A stretch of 51,539 bases of DNA, taken from assembly GCA_046538485.1 (NCBI GenBank), contig JBKHIT010000033.1, positions 1 through 51,539 of the forward strand. The letters run 5' to 3'. This DNA comes from Candidatus Brocadiia bacterium. Lineage in GTDB: Bacteria; Planctomycetota; Brocadiia; SM23-32. The position numbers and the translations under genes were made by a program. The notes under the pieces were generated by a model that worked only from the letters and a program-made list of their open reading frames with translations, was not told the origin of the DNA and ran no database searches. Positions 39,609 to 49,322 of the stretch are shown one piece after another (within the stretch, counting starts at the first letter, position 1; every line of letters starts with the position of its first letter).

Positions 39609-40685
39609 ATGATAGACCGCATGATGCTTTTCACTGGTCGCGCTTCATATTACCTCGGGAGCAAGATTGTCAACGTCCTTCGCCAATTCCCGGGGATGCA
39701 GGGGGTTCAACTCTATGAACCCAAGGTGCTGTCATTTGCGAATGAAAATCTCAAAGTCAAAATACAGCACAGCGTCCGTGGGGCGGATGTGTTTGTTATC
39801 CAGACAGCCGCCTCGTCCTGGCACGGACCAATGGGGGTTAACCCGGAGAAAATGGATCTGGAAGATGCGTCAGATCTGAGCCTGTCCGAAAACCTGATGG
39901 AGCTGTTGATTATGGTTAATGCCCTTCAGGGGGCATCGGCCGGGCGAATCACTGTGGTCACGCCGTATTATCCTTACGTTCGTAGCGACAAGAAGGACGA
40001 GCCCCGTATCAGTATTACGGCGCGGTTGATGGGACAGCTTTTCAGGCAGGCCGGTGCGGACCGCGTCCTGACCATCAACCTTCACGCTTTGCAGATCCAG
40101 GGTTTTGTGCCAATGCCCTGCGATCAGCTTGATGCGAACCCGCTGATTGCGGATTATTTTCAGCGTAAACACGATTTAGAGAACTTCGGAGTTCTGGCTA
40201 CGGATGCCGGGGGCGTCAAGTGGGCCACTAAGTACGCCGAAATACTGAATTCGCCACTCGCCGTTTGTGATAAGCGACGCTGGGCTGACAACGAAAGTCC
40301 GGAGATCCGGAATGTAATCGGGATCGATGCGATTCGGAACAGGCGGATTGCGATTTTTGACGACGAGATTCTCACCGGGGGCACCATGACCAAAGCAATT
40401 ACTGCTCTCAAAGAACGCTTTGATCTGCCCGTTTCTTTTGTCTCTTGTGTCCACGGTGTTCTGGCAGGGGGCGCAATTGACAGCATCTTTGAGGCGGGGG
40501 TTGAGAAAATCGTCACGACCGATACGCTGCCCGTGCCTGAAGACCGGGACCGGCTGGAAGTCGTGAGTGTCGCCCCTCTCATAGCGGCGGCGATCCGGAA
40601 TATCCATACAAGCGAATCGGTGACCCAGATATTCGACCAGCCAAATTTCTTGTTCGGGGGTTCCCAGGGCGAACTCTGGCAGTAG
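39609..40685 (+). CDS. prs: Ribose-phosphate pyrophosphokinase
   Basis: VRGADVFVIQ, NLMELLIM, PYYPYVRSDKK, DAGGVK, DDEILTGGT. Confidence 0.92.
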   Translation: MIDRMMLFTGRASYYLGSKIVNVLRQFPGMQGVQLYEPKVLSFANENLKVKIQHSVRGADVFVIQTAASSWHGPMGVNPEKMDLEDASDLSLSENLMELLIMVNALQGASAGRITVVTPYYPYVRSDKKDEPRISITARLMGQLFRQAGADRVLTINLHALQIQGFVPMPCDQLDANPLIADYFQRKHDLENFGVLATDAGGVKWATKYAEILNSPLAVCDKRRWADNESPEIRNVIGIDAIRNRRIAIFDDEILTGGTMTKAITALKERFDLPVSFVSCVHGVLAGGAIDSIFEAGVEKIVTTDTLPVPEDRDRLEVVSVAPLIAAAIRNIHTSESVTQIFDQPNFLFGGSQGELWQ

Positions 40686-40724
40686 AGAGTTTGGGACGAG
40701 CTGAGAAAACTCGGAGAAACTCCT

Positions 40725-42473
40725 ATGAGTACAGCAAATCCGGTACGAGATGAGATTGTTAGCTGGCTTGAGAAAAGGTTGCCCGTTGATCCGGGCGAGA
40801 TCGACGGAATCCTTGAGATCCCGCCGGATCCGCAAATGGGTGATTTTGCGCTGCCCTGTTTCCCTCTTGCCCGGGAATTGCGAAAAAATCCCGCCGAAAT
40901 AGCCAGTGAACTCGCTGATGAATTCAAACCATCTGAATCTGTTGAGGAAGCGCGTGCCAGCGGACCGTATCTGAATTTTCTTGTGAATCGACCCAAAATG
41001 ATGGCGCGATTACTCGGGCGTATTTGCGAAGAGGGGACAGAATATGGGAAGAGCAGCGAAGGAAATGGCCAGACAATAGTCATCGACTATTCCAGCCCCA
41101 ATATCGCAAAACATCTCGGCGTCCACCACCTGCGATCGGCGATTATCGGCCGTGCCCTGTATGAAATTTTCCAGTCTCTGGGATACGAATGCATCGGTAT
41201 CAACCATCTGGGGGATTGGGGGACAAGTTTTGGGAAACTCATTGTGGCTTATGAAAGATACGATGATCTCGATGCTGAAAGGGCCAGCGTGACCGATCTT
41301 CAGGAGGCCTATATTCGGTTCAGCCAGGAGGCCGAAGAAACTCCGGAACTCGAGGATCAGGCACGAGAAGCTCTCAAAAAACTTGAAAATGGGGACCCTG
41401 AGGCCAGGGCTCTCTGGAAGCGGTTCAAAGAGGTTAGCTTAGCCGAATTTAAACGCATTTACATGATGCTCGGGATCGAGTTCGATCAATACAAGGGCGA
41501 GAGCTTTTATCTTAATATGACCGATGAACTGATAGACCGACTTCTGTCGGAGGAGATCGCGGAAGAAAGCGAGAATGCAATTATTGTCCCACTGGAAGAT
41601 TATGATCTGCCGCCGCTTATGCTCCAGAAACGCGATCAAACGACTCTCTATGCAACCCGAGATCTCTGTGCAGCCAGGTATCGGTGGGATAATTACAAAT
41701 TCGAACGGTGCCTGTATGTGGTCGGCGGTGAGCAAAAACTCCACTTTGAGCAACTCCGTGCGACGTTGGAGATCATGGGGCACGAATGGTCCGAGAGGAT
41801 TGAGCATGTCGATTTTGGTCTGTTGAAGTTTCTTGATGTGGATACTGGCGAAGCCCGGACAGGAAGCACCCGGCAAGGGGACATTATTTTGCTGGAGGAT
41901 GTTCTCCAGGATGGTGTCAAAAAAGCGAAAGGCAAAATTCAACAAAATCTTTCTAAAATCGGCGAAGATACTGATCTGGACGAGCTTGCCGAGAAAGTGG
42001 GGATAGGTGCTGTTGTATTCAGCGATTTGAGTGTCCGCCGTGCGAAAGATGTGATCTTCGATTGGGACCGAATGCTCGATTTCGAGGGCGATACGGGCCC
42101 TTACGTGCAGTATGCCCACGCGCGGCTCTGCAGCATTCTGCGTAATGCCGAGGAAGAGGTGACGCCTTCTGCTGACTGTTCGAAGCTTACTCTCTCGGAC
42201 GAATGGGCACTCGTTCGAATGCTGGAAGAATATCCAAAAAAAGTCCAGGCGGCGGCTCGGAAACGCGAACCTTCTGTGGTGGCAAATTACCTTCTTGAAC
42301 TCTGCTCGCAATTTAGTACATACTACAGTGCAGGTATGCGTGAACCGGCCCGGCGTGTCCTGTGCGAAGATCCAGATGTGCGCGCGCCTCGCCTCCTGCT
42401 GGTTGACGCTGTCCGCCACGTTATCGGAAACGGTTTGAATCTTCTGGGAGTGGCTGCACCTGATCGTATGTAA
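40725..42473 (+). CDS. argS: Arginyl-tRNA synthetase
   Basis: GDFALPCF, IDYSSPNIAK.LGVHHLRSAIIG, NHLGDWG, YATRDL, GDTGPYVQYAHARL, PDRM C-terminus. Confidence 0.96.
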   Translation: MSTANPVRDEIVSWLEKRLPVDPGEIDGILEIPPDPQMGDFALPCFPLARELRKNPAEIASELADEFKPSESVEEARASGPYLNFLVNRPKMMARLLGRICEEGTEYGKSSEGNGQTIVIDYSSPNIAKHLGVHHLRSAIIGRALYEIFQSLGYECIGINHLGDWGTSFGKLIVAYERYDDLDAERASVTDLQEAYIRFSQEAEETPELEDQAREALKKLENGDPEARALWKRFKEVSLAEFKRIYMMLGIEFDQYKGESFYLNMTDELIDRLLSEEIAEESENAIIVPLEDYDLPPLMLQKRDQTTLYATRDLCAARYRWDNYKFERCLYVVGGEQKLHFEQLRATLEIMGHEWSERIEHVDFGLLKFLDVDTGEARTGSTRQGDIILLEDVLQDGVKKAKGKIQQNLSKIGEDTDLDELAEKVGIGAVVFSDLSVRRAKDVIFDWDRMLDFEGDTGPYVQYAHARLCSILRNAEEEVTPSADCSKLTLSDEWALVRMLEEYPKKVQAAARKREPSVVANYLLELCSQFSTYYSAGMREPARRVLCEDPDVRAPRLLLVDAVRHVIGNGLNLLGVAAPDRM

Positions 42474-42502
42474 ACGGGTTATCAGAAAAGGGACGTGAAA
42501 AA

Positions 42503-43225
42503 ATGGCGCGGTTTGCGGCGATATTCTTCGATCTTGATGGGACCCTCTGGGATAATCGCAGCTGCGCAGAATACGTGATGGATATCGTTCTACCGAAACT
42601 CATGCCTTATCTGCCGGAGAACGTTGACTCAGATGAGGTTGCTCGCCGGTTTAACGCAGCGCTTCTGGAGATCGTCCGTAATAATGGTCTGGTTCGTAGC
42701 GGGAATCTCAATTACCGAGCCCGCTTCCAGGAACTGCTCAAAATTTACGGGGTCAAGAAAAAGGGGCTTGCCCTCGAACTCAGCTCCCATTACAGCCACG
42801 CGCGTCGGTTGGGCATGCGCGGCTTTATCCGTCCCAAAGCTATTCGCGTGCTGAAAACGCTGCGTCGGAAAGGGCATACGGTCGGGTTGATCACGGACGG
42901 CACCCCTGCACAACAACGCAATATTCTCAATGCGCTCGGTTTGAATGCTCTACTCGACTTCGTGGTGATAGGTGAGATAGAAGGGTTTAATAAACCTGAT
43001 CCGCGCTTGTTCGAACGAGCCATGGAAATAAGCGAGGTAGAACCGGAAAATGCGCTCCATGTCGGCGATAGCCTGATAACCGACGTGCTTGGTGCAACCC
43101 GGGCGGGTATGGCTGTGGCATGGCTTCACGGGGGGGAGAAAAAGATCCCCGATGGCCTGCCAGATCCCGACTACGCCATCCAAGAAATGAGCGAGCTTCT
43201 CGGTATCGTCGAAGGGGCAGCTTGA
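42503..43225 (+). CDS. HAD-family hydrolase
   Basis: FDLDGTL, ITDG, KPDP, HVGDSLITDVLGA. Confidence 0.9.
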   Translation: MARFAAIFFDLDGTLWDNRSCAEYVMDIVLPKLMPYLPENVDSDEVARRFNAALLEIVRNNGLVRSGNLNYRARFQELLKIYGVKKKGLALELSSHYSHARRLGMRGFIRPKAIRVLKTLRRKGHTVGLITDGTPAQQRNILNALGLNALLDFVVIGEIEGFNKPDPRLFERAMEISEVEPENALHVGDSLITDVLGATRAGMAVAWLHGGEKKIPDGLPDPDYAIQEMSELLGIVEGAA

Positions 43226-43308
43226 GAGGGGAACCCGGTTCCTTTGGGGTTGCATCAAAGCCACACGCCAATTATTGTAGGGTTTTCCCGCCAGAAAAGG
43301 AGCTAAAT

Positions 43309-43635
43309 ATGAGCGATAAACAACACCTTCTTTTCGTCTGCACCGCCAATCGGCAGAGAAGCCCCACTGCGGAATCCCTGTTCGACGACGATGAACGTTG
43401 CGAAGCATTCTCTTGCGGAACACATGCGGTTTCCGGGACAGAATGTGATCCGTCGCTTATCAAATGGGCGGATGTCATTTTTTGTATGGAAGAACGGCAT
43501 CGGCAGTATCTTCTTGACCGGTTTCCAGATGCGGATAGGAAACGCATTGTCGTGCTCGATATCCCCGATATTTACCCCCGGAACGATCCGGAACTGGTGA
43601 TGAGACTGCGCGAGAAATTGCAGGATTGGGTCTGA
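43309..43635 (+). CDS. Low-molecular-weight protein tyrosine phosphatase-like protein
   Basis: LLFVCTANRQRSPTAE, WADVIFCME, VLDIPD; RBS AAGGAG. Confidence 0.88.
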   Translation: MSDKQHLLFVCTANRQRSPTAESLFDDDERCEAFSCGTHAVSGTECDPSLIKWADVIFCMEERHRQYLLDRFPDADRKRIVVLDIPDIYPRNDPELVMRLREKLQDWV

Positions 43636-43673
43636 AAGATGCTTTTATTCGGGTCAGAGCCAGCGGGACCTCC

Positions 43674-43991
43674 ATGCTGCGGGGCCTCTATGCCGAGCAG
43701 TTGCGAACTGCTGATGGAGAGTGTCTGCCTGTGGTTCATCGTTATTCCCGCGAAGAGATGGCGAAGAACTGGATGTGGTATATCCGGAGCATGTCCCTCT
43801 GTGTTGCGCAGGCACCATCCAGTATCCCCGAAGGAGAGGAAATCGACGCCGGATCCAGGGATTTTGGGGGCGAACGGATTGACGAGCGGGTGGGACGGCC
43901 ATTGAGAGATGTATACTATTACGTGCGGGACCGCCGGGAAGATGGACATTGCGTCTGGTTGAGCCCGTTTTGGGTTGATTTGCCCGAATGA
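43674..43991 (+). pseudogene. Small ORF, possibly a C-terminal remnant of a DUF3604/PHP-like protein
   Basis: Ends YYYVRDRREDGHCVWLSPFWVD, resembling the YYVRV.Q.DG..AWSSP.WV terminus of much larger proteins; no clear RBS. Confidence 0.4.
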
Positions 43992-44021
43992 AACAGAAAC
44001 TTACTTGAAAGGTTAAAACCG

Positions 44022-45578
44022 ATGGTTTCGCAGGATTCCAGACCTAACATACTTTTTGCGTTTGGTGATGATTGGGGGCGTTACGCCAGTGCTTACCGGC
44101 AGGTTGAAGGCGACAGCACCCCGAACGCGATCTTAGAAACGCCCAATTTTGACCGTGTGGCCAACGAAGGAGTGCTATTCAAAAATTCCTTCGTGCCTGC
44201 TCCTTCCTGCACCCCTTGCCGGAGCTCTCTCCTGTCCGGTCGTTATTTCTGGCAGACCGGACGCGGTGCTATTTTGCAGGGTGCGGTCTGGGATTCATCC
44301 ATCCCGACGTATCCCCTCATTCTTGAAGAAGTCGGCTATCATATTGGGTTTACCTACAAAGCCTGGTCGCCGGGAACGCCGAAAGATGCGCCGTACGGTG
44401 CGGATCGCACACGCTATGCGCCCGCCGGCAGCACGTTTTGCTGGTTCTCGCATTTTGTGACCCAGGAATCCGAAGAACACGGTATCGAGGGGGCAAAACA
44501 GCTGGCATACGATGAGGTCAGACAGAATTTTGACGCGTTTCTGGATGACCGGCCCGAAGATACCCCATTCTGCTACTGGTGGGGCCCGACAAATACACAC
44601 CGCACCTGGGAACGTGGTTCTGGGAAAAACCTGTGGGGACTGGAACCTGACCATCTGAAAGGCCGTCTCCCGGATTTTCTGCCGGATGTCCACGCTATCC
44701 GTGAAGATGTGTGCGACTACCTGGGCGAGTGTCAGGCTTTCGATGCGGGTTTGGGCATTTTGCTGGACCGACTGCAGGAAATCGGAGAACTCGACAATAC
44801 TCTGATCGTGGTGAGCGGCGACCACGGCATCCCCGGAATGCCTCGCGGGAAATGTAATCTGTATGATATCGGCTGTGAAGTGGCCCTTGCCGCTCGCTGG
44901 CCGGGAAAAATTCCCCGGGGAAGAATTGTCGATGATATGGTCAATATCAAAGATCTCGGGCCGACATTCCTCGAAGCGGCCGGAGTCGAGCCCCCGGAAT
45001 GCATGACGGCTATCAGCCTGCTCGATGTTTTTGAGTCAGAGGACTCCGGTCAGGTGGATCCACAGCGTGATTTTGTCGTCACCGGACGTGAACGCCATGT
45101 GGCAGCAGCGCGGGAGGGAAACCTGCCATATCCCCAGCGGGCAATCCGTACGAAAGATTACCTGTACGTCCGAAACTTTGCGCCGAGCCGTTGGCCGATG
45201 GGGGACCCTCAAGGCATGGACGATCCTGATCTCGAACCACCCTCCTTCGAGAAGCTTTGTCAGGATACCTTCGTGGCCTACGCCGATCTCGATGCGAGCC
45301 CGACGAAAGCATGGATGATACATCACCGCGGCGAAGATTCTATCCAGGATGTTTATGAGGTCGGTTTTGGAAAACGTCCTGGAGAAGAACTGTACGATCT
45401 TCGCAACGATCCCGATCACATGCAAAACCTCGCGGATGCCCCCGAATATCAGGAGATCAAAGAACGTTTGAAGGAACGGCTGATGCGCGAACTGACCGAA
45501 CAGGAGGACCCCCGTGTTACCGAGGAGGAGTGCCGGTTCGAAAAATCGCCCTTTACCGATGTTCCCGGCGGTTCATAG
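44022..45578 (+). CDS. Sulfatase (Cys type)
   Basis: RPNILF..GDD, CTPCRSSLLSG (CxPxR), SGDHG, KCNLYD, ELYDL. Confidence 0.93.
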   Translation: MVSQDSRPNILFAFGDDWGRYASAYRQVEGDSTPNAILETPNFDRVANEGVLFKNSFVPAPSCTPCRSSLLSGRYFWQTGRGAILQGAVWDSSIPTYPLILEEVGYHIGFTYKAWSPGTPKDAPYGADRTRYAPAGSTFCWFSHFVTQESEEHGIEGAKQLAYDEVRQNFDAFLDDRPEDTPFCYWWGPTNTHRTWERGSGKNLWGLEPDHLKGRLPDFLPDVHAIREDVCDYLGECQAFDAGLGILLDRLQEIGELDNTLIVVSGDHGIPGMPRGKCNLYDIGCEVALAARWPGKIPRGRIVDDMVNIKDLGPTFLEAAGVEPPECMTAISLLDVFESEDSGQVDPQRDFVVTGRERHVAAAREGNLPYPQRAIRTKDYLYVRNFAPSRWPMGDPQGMDDPDLEPPSFEKLCQDTFVAYADLDASPTKAWMIHHRGEDSIQDVYEVGFGKRPGEELYDLRNDPDHMQNLADAPEYQEIKERLKERLMRELTEQEDPRVTEEECRFEKSPFTDVPGGS

Positions 45579-45825
45579 GGGAACACCAGCGCCAAAAATA
45601 AGGAATCATCGGTTATGTATCATCACCGAAGACATCCGTCACCAATGCATTACTGTTATTACTCAGAGTGATCTTACACTTCAAGAACAGCCTGACAAAG
45701 CAGATACGGTGCTGGCCACGCTCCCGGAGGGTGAATCCTTTCTTTTGAGCCGAAGTACACCCTGTGCTAATGAGAAATGTCGAAAAACCGAATATAAGTC
45801 GCTCTCATCCATGTCGTTATAACAA

Positions 45826-47355
45826 TTATGCCGTTGGATTCATGAAATATCCGGCCCAGCTCAGGACCGCGATGCCCCAGGGGCTTACCGACGGGATTGT
45901 GAGCATAACCTCTCCCGAATTTTCTTCGACATCAAGTTCCGTTTCGCTGACGAGTTTTTGAAACTGCCCCGCCTGCTCGGCCAGCTGGTGAACCTGTTTT
46001 TCGTACGGCATTGGTAGCCTTAAACTGGCCCACGAGGGGGCTTTTCCTTCGGGAAGTGTTTCCTTTCGTATTGCGACATGGACTGGTTTGGAATCTTCAG
46101 ACCAATCAACGACGTGGATTACCACGGGGGCCTCAACCCATCCCGGAACCACGCGGGCAAAAGCCCAGGCGGGGCTCCCCCCGGATTCGAGTCTCAGTAC
46201 TCCGTCCGCTTGCGGGATATCCGGTCCGGCAGCCGCCACTTCCGCGTAACCGTTCAGTAAAGGCCCGTTCGCCCGCACGAACCCGTAGAGATCGGCGTAA
46301 TCTTCGGGGCAGCCGTAAAGACGTGGCGACTCGCTACCCGTGTAGACGTCCCACGGGACAATCGTGTGGGCTCCGCAGGCATAACTGGTGGCGATCACTC
46401 GACGATTGAGCTCAAGGTCCGGTTCGGCGACCGTAAAGACCTGCGCTTTATCATTTTCGCGGGCAGCGCAAGCGGTATTCCAGATCCAGGCTCCGCCGTT
46501 TCGGACATCATAGACTTCTCCGATGGCAAAATCGAATATTGAATGAAGTTCATCCCACTCATAGTTCCCGCCGCAGTTGTTGCAGGACCAGGGGATCAGC
46601 GCGTCAGCCGACTCATTCACAGCCTCGCGCAGCCCCCGGTGGAATTTGATCGTCGATTGCCGCTGGAAATCAATGAAAAGTTCCTTCAGCCTCCCGCCTT
46701 CCCAATCGGCGAAATCATCTCCCGCCGGCGCACCAAGCTGGCGAAAATGATCGGCACAATCGTAAGATTCCAGGTCGTCAATGCCGAGTTCTTCGCGTTC
46801 GGACGTTGAGATGTTATCGGCCAGATACCGGCGGAATTTCCGGACGCAATGTTCGCAAAAACACCCGCCCCAGGGCACGCACATCAAATTGCCGCGCGGC
46901 TCATCGCGGTGGAGACGGTCAGCGCCGGCTTCGACCATCTGCTTTGCGAAATTATGATGAGCTTTGACGTACTCGGGATTGTTAACACACCCCCAAATCC
47001 GATTGGACCCCGTCCAGGTGCGTTTCCACGGCGCCACAACGGGTTCGTCATCGAGCCGCCGGGCCCCAAGCGGCTCGGCAACAGCAGCAGTGGGAGCTTC
47101 CGGCACTTTGCTAGAAACCGCGCCGCCCAGCGTGTAATTGCGGCTGTGGGCACCGCGCAGAATGACGGGATCTTTCGGCGAAAAATAAACCCAGTCAAGC
47201 CTTGTGGCGTGGAACGCCGATGCCGCACGAAATGTATCGTGCGGGTCGTCCTGATTGGACGGATGATGCCAGCGACTCGACAGACAGACATCCGCGTGAG
47301 CTGGTGCTCCCGGCGGGCGCGTGACTGATGCGGCTCGCTCGTGCAGTTTTTTCAC
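45826..47355 (-). CDS. Hypothetical protein, possibly glycoside hydrolase-like TIM barrel
   Basis: 509 aa ORF, GTG start with GGGGAG RBS; WGCVNNPEY and GCFCEHC motifs. Confidence 0.65.
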   Translation of the reverse strand: MKKLHERAASVTRPPGAPAHADVCLSSRWHHPSNQDDPHDTFRAASAFHATRLDWVYFSPKDPVILRGAHSRNYTLGGAVSSKVPEAPTAAVAEPLGARRLDDEPVVAPWKRTWTGSNRIWGCVNNPEYVKAHHNFAKQMVEAGADRLHRDEPRGNLMCVPWGGCFCEHCVRKFRRYLADNISTSEREELGIDDLESYDCADHFRQLGAPAGDDFADWEGGRLKELFIDFQRQSTIKFHRGLREAVNESADALIPWSCNNCGGNYEWDELHSIFDFAIGEVYDVRNGGAWIWNTACAARENDKAQVFTVAEPDLELNRRVIATSYACGAHTIVPWDVYTGSESPRLYGCPEDYADLYGFVRANGPLLNGYAEVAAAGPDIPQADGVLRLESGGSPAWAFARVVPGWVEAPVVIHVVDWSEDSKPVHVAIRKETLPEGKAPSWASLRLPMPYEKQVHQLAEQAGQFQKLVSETELDVEENSGEVMLTIPSVSPWGIAVLSWAGYFMNPTA

Positions 47356-47793
47356 AGTATTCTCCCCGATTAAACCGTCTCAGATTTGCAGAGAATTCGT
47401 ACCCTATTCTCCAGACCTGACACTGTCAAATTGAGGAGTCGCTGACGCCAGAGACGTATTGCGGGCTCCATTTTGCTGAAAGATGGGGGAGCCCAAAACG
47501 GCAGGACACGCTCGGCGACTCTCTGGAACGCCAGGGGACGGGGTCCGGGCCCAGTGCGGCCGGTTCTGTGCTTGAAAACCTTTCCACCCAGACCAATTTT
47601 CGGGTTTCAATCTCCTTGTTAAGTCCCAGGAACCTGCACCGCGTTCGGAACTCCAGTCCCACGCGAGCGGGGGACAGCGGTGAACTGATAACGGACTGGA
47701 GCTGGTTTCTGGTGAACGGAGTCTGCCCCGCTGCAGAGGTCCCCCGCAGTGGCAGCTATTTTAACGAGGGTATTAATAAGAGGATTTCAGCCG

Positions 47794-47899
47794 TTTAGCC
47801 CGGATTTTGCGGATAATTGGAAGCCCTTCTTGCCAAATCAGGGTAGAATCTTCATTGAACACCGTTCATAACCCTTCTCAGCCAAAAATCCGGGCTAAA
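47794..47899. repeat. Element bounded by inverted repeats (MITE-like)
   Basis: Perfect 15-bp terminal IR TTTAGCCCGGATTTT / AAAATCCGGGCTAAA. Confidence 0.6.
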
Positions 47900-48093
47900 A
47901 AAACGGCGCATAAATTTGACAACTTAAAATCAGTGATCAGCAAAGAGGCCAACGCTACGTTGAGAAACGGTTGGCCTTAACTGCTTTTTCACAAGTAAGA
48001 TACAGACATCTTCCCGCACAGTAGCACTGACCGAAAATTATAAGCACTTCTTATTGTCGTAAGTTCTTACTTCTAAATGGCATGCGCCGTTTT
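47900..48093. repeat. Second IR-bounded AT-rich element (MITE-like), abutting the first
   Basis: 12-bp terminal IR AAAACGGCGCAT / ATGCGCCGTTTT; internal hairpin GGCCAAC...GTTGGCC. Confidence 0.5.
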
Positions 48094-48143
48094 ATATAAC
48101 CTGCATTCGTAAGATGCAGGTTAGTGCCCCTTATACGTACCAA

Positions 48144-48290
48144 TATGTGCCAGGCTTTCAGCCCTTTAAGTACCGTTCCTAAGGGCCAACGGCCCGGCAG
48201 ATAATAGCCCAGTCAGTAGCGGGCCATCGGTCCGCGGAGGACTGGGTGATGTTGAACGAAGAAATCATAGGGCTGAAAGCCTGCAACATA
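48144..48290. repeat. REP-like palindromic element
   Basis: TATGTGCCAGGCTTTCAGCCCT ... AGGGCTGAAAGCCTGCAACATA; internal GGGCCAACGGCCC and CCCAGTC/GACTGGG. Confidence 0.7.
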
Positions 48291-48446
48291 ATTCTCCGAA
48301 TTCCAACGGTAAACTGGTAGTGTCCAAAACATGGTGGCCTTGAAACATGAGCAAGACGGCACGATATTGGAAACCAACATCAACGCCACCGGATTAATAT
48401 GCTCGTTAAAAGGGCTGCAGTGGCGGGGTGAGCAAACTGGCCATGC

Positions 48447-48570
48447 ACTTCTGCGTCACCCCTTCGGGGTTTGGAAATTATAGGGCGTGTCCGAGTCCCG
48501 GGGCTTGCCGCCCCGGGCTATGTCTGCGATCGCCCCGTTTCAGGGGCTCAAATCAACAGAAGGAAGCCCC
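48447..48570. repeat. REP-like family C copy
   Basis: Direct repeat of 18202-18338. Confidence 0.8.
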
Positions 48571-48640
48571 CCCCTGTGGCCTTGCGTGACAGGAGGCAGA
48601 GATTGAGCGGGCCAGCCACGGGAATACCACATATCCCCCG

Positions 48641-48822
48641 CCCCTGCCGGCTTGTCCGGCAGGTGAAGAAGATTCCGCGCCAGCTCATTACGGCTTCTTG
48701 TGCCTCCGCTGCATCGGCCCTCAATCTTCTTCACCCACGGGACGAGCCCGTGGGGGCCATTTTTGGGGGTGCCTGCGGCTAGCGATCTAATCTGTCTCAC
48801 CCGCGGCACAAGGCCGCGGGGG
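48641..48822. repeat. Three co-varying hairpin repeats, family D
   Basis: TCACC-6 bp stem-AC(A/G)AG loop-stem-GGGG at 48641-48669 (-), 48728-48756 (+), 48794-48822 (+). Confidence 0.8.
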
Positions 48823-48917
48823 TCGGTCCAGGACGGGACGGTTAATCCACTTTGGAAAATGCAGGAGAGCTGTAGGTCCGGATCGCCGAGGGGGACCTGC
48901 CGTTGCTTATTTGGCAA

Positions 48918-49057
48918 CGAGACCTGTGGGCTTATGGGTCGCGTTCTGAACTCCAGCTCCGGAGAGCGGCGCTGAAGTCCAGTCCGCTCATCCGCAACGG
49001 AGACTCGAGTTCAGCTGAGCCCCCCAGCGGCGGGCGAAACTGGACTTGAGGCGGACA
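48918..49057 (+). repeat. Structured repeat, family B, second copy
   Basis: Inverted copy of 181-312. Confidence 0.85.
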
Positions 49058-49322
49058 AGTGCTGCAGAAGTGCAGGGGAGCAAGGGGCGCCAACAAGAAC
49101 ACTTCTCTCCTCACAGCCAGACCGTTGACCTTTCATACAGAAGACGCCAGAATCTCGTGGCCGGGCATAGCCCGGGGAAACCCCGGGCCGAGGATGGAAA
49201 ACAATGCAGAGCGGATCGCGCGGACGAACTCCTCCGCCGCGTCGCTCCACCCCTTTTTGAATAAACACACCGTTTCCCTTAAATTGGCGCGTCGGCCGAC
49301 ACCTCTTCAGGATAACACCACC

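Noticed and set aside
48094..48127. Integron attC-like TAAC...GTTAG hairpin
   Set aside because: Too short for attC; no cassette ORF or integrase
48641..48822. CRISPR array
   Set aside because: Units differ in sequence and orientation, spacing is irregular, and there are no cas genes
48960..49057. Canonical hammerhead or HDV-like ribozyme call for family B
   Set aside because: GAAAC/GTC pairing is present but CUGANGA is absent (CAGCTGA instead); P3/L3 length and P1.1 do not fit HDV
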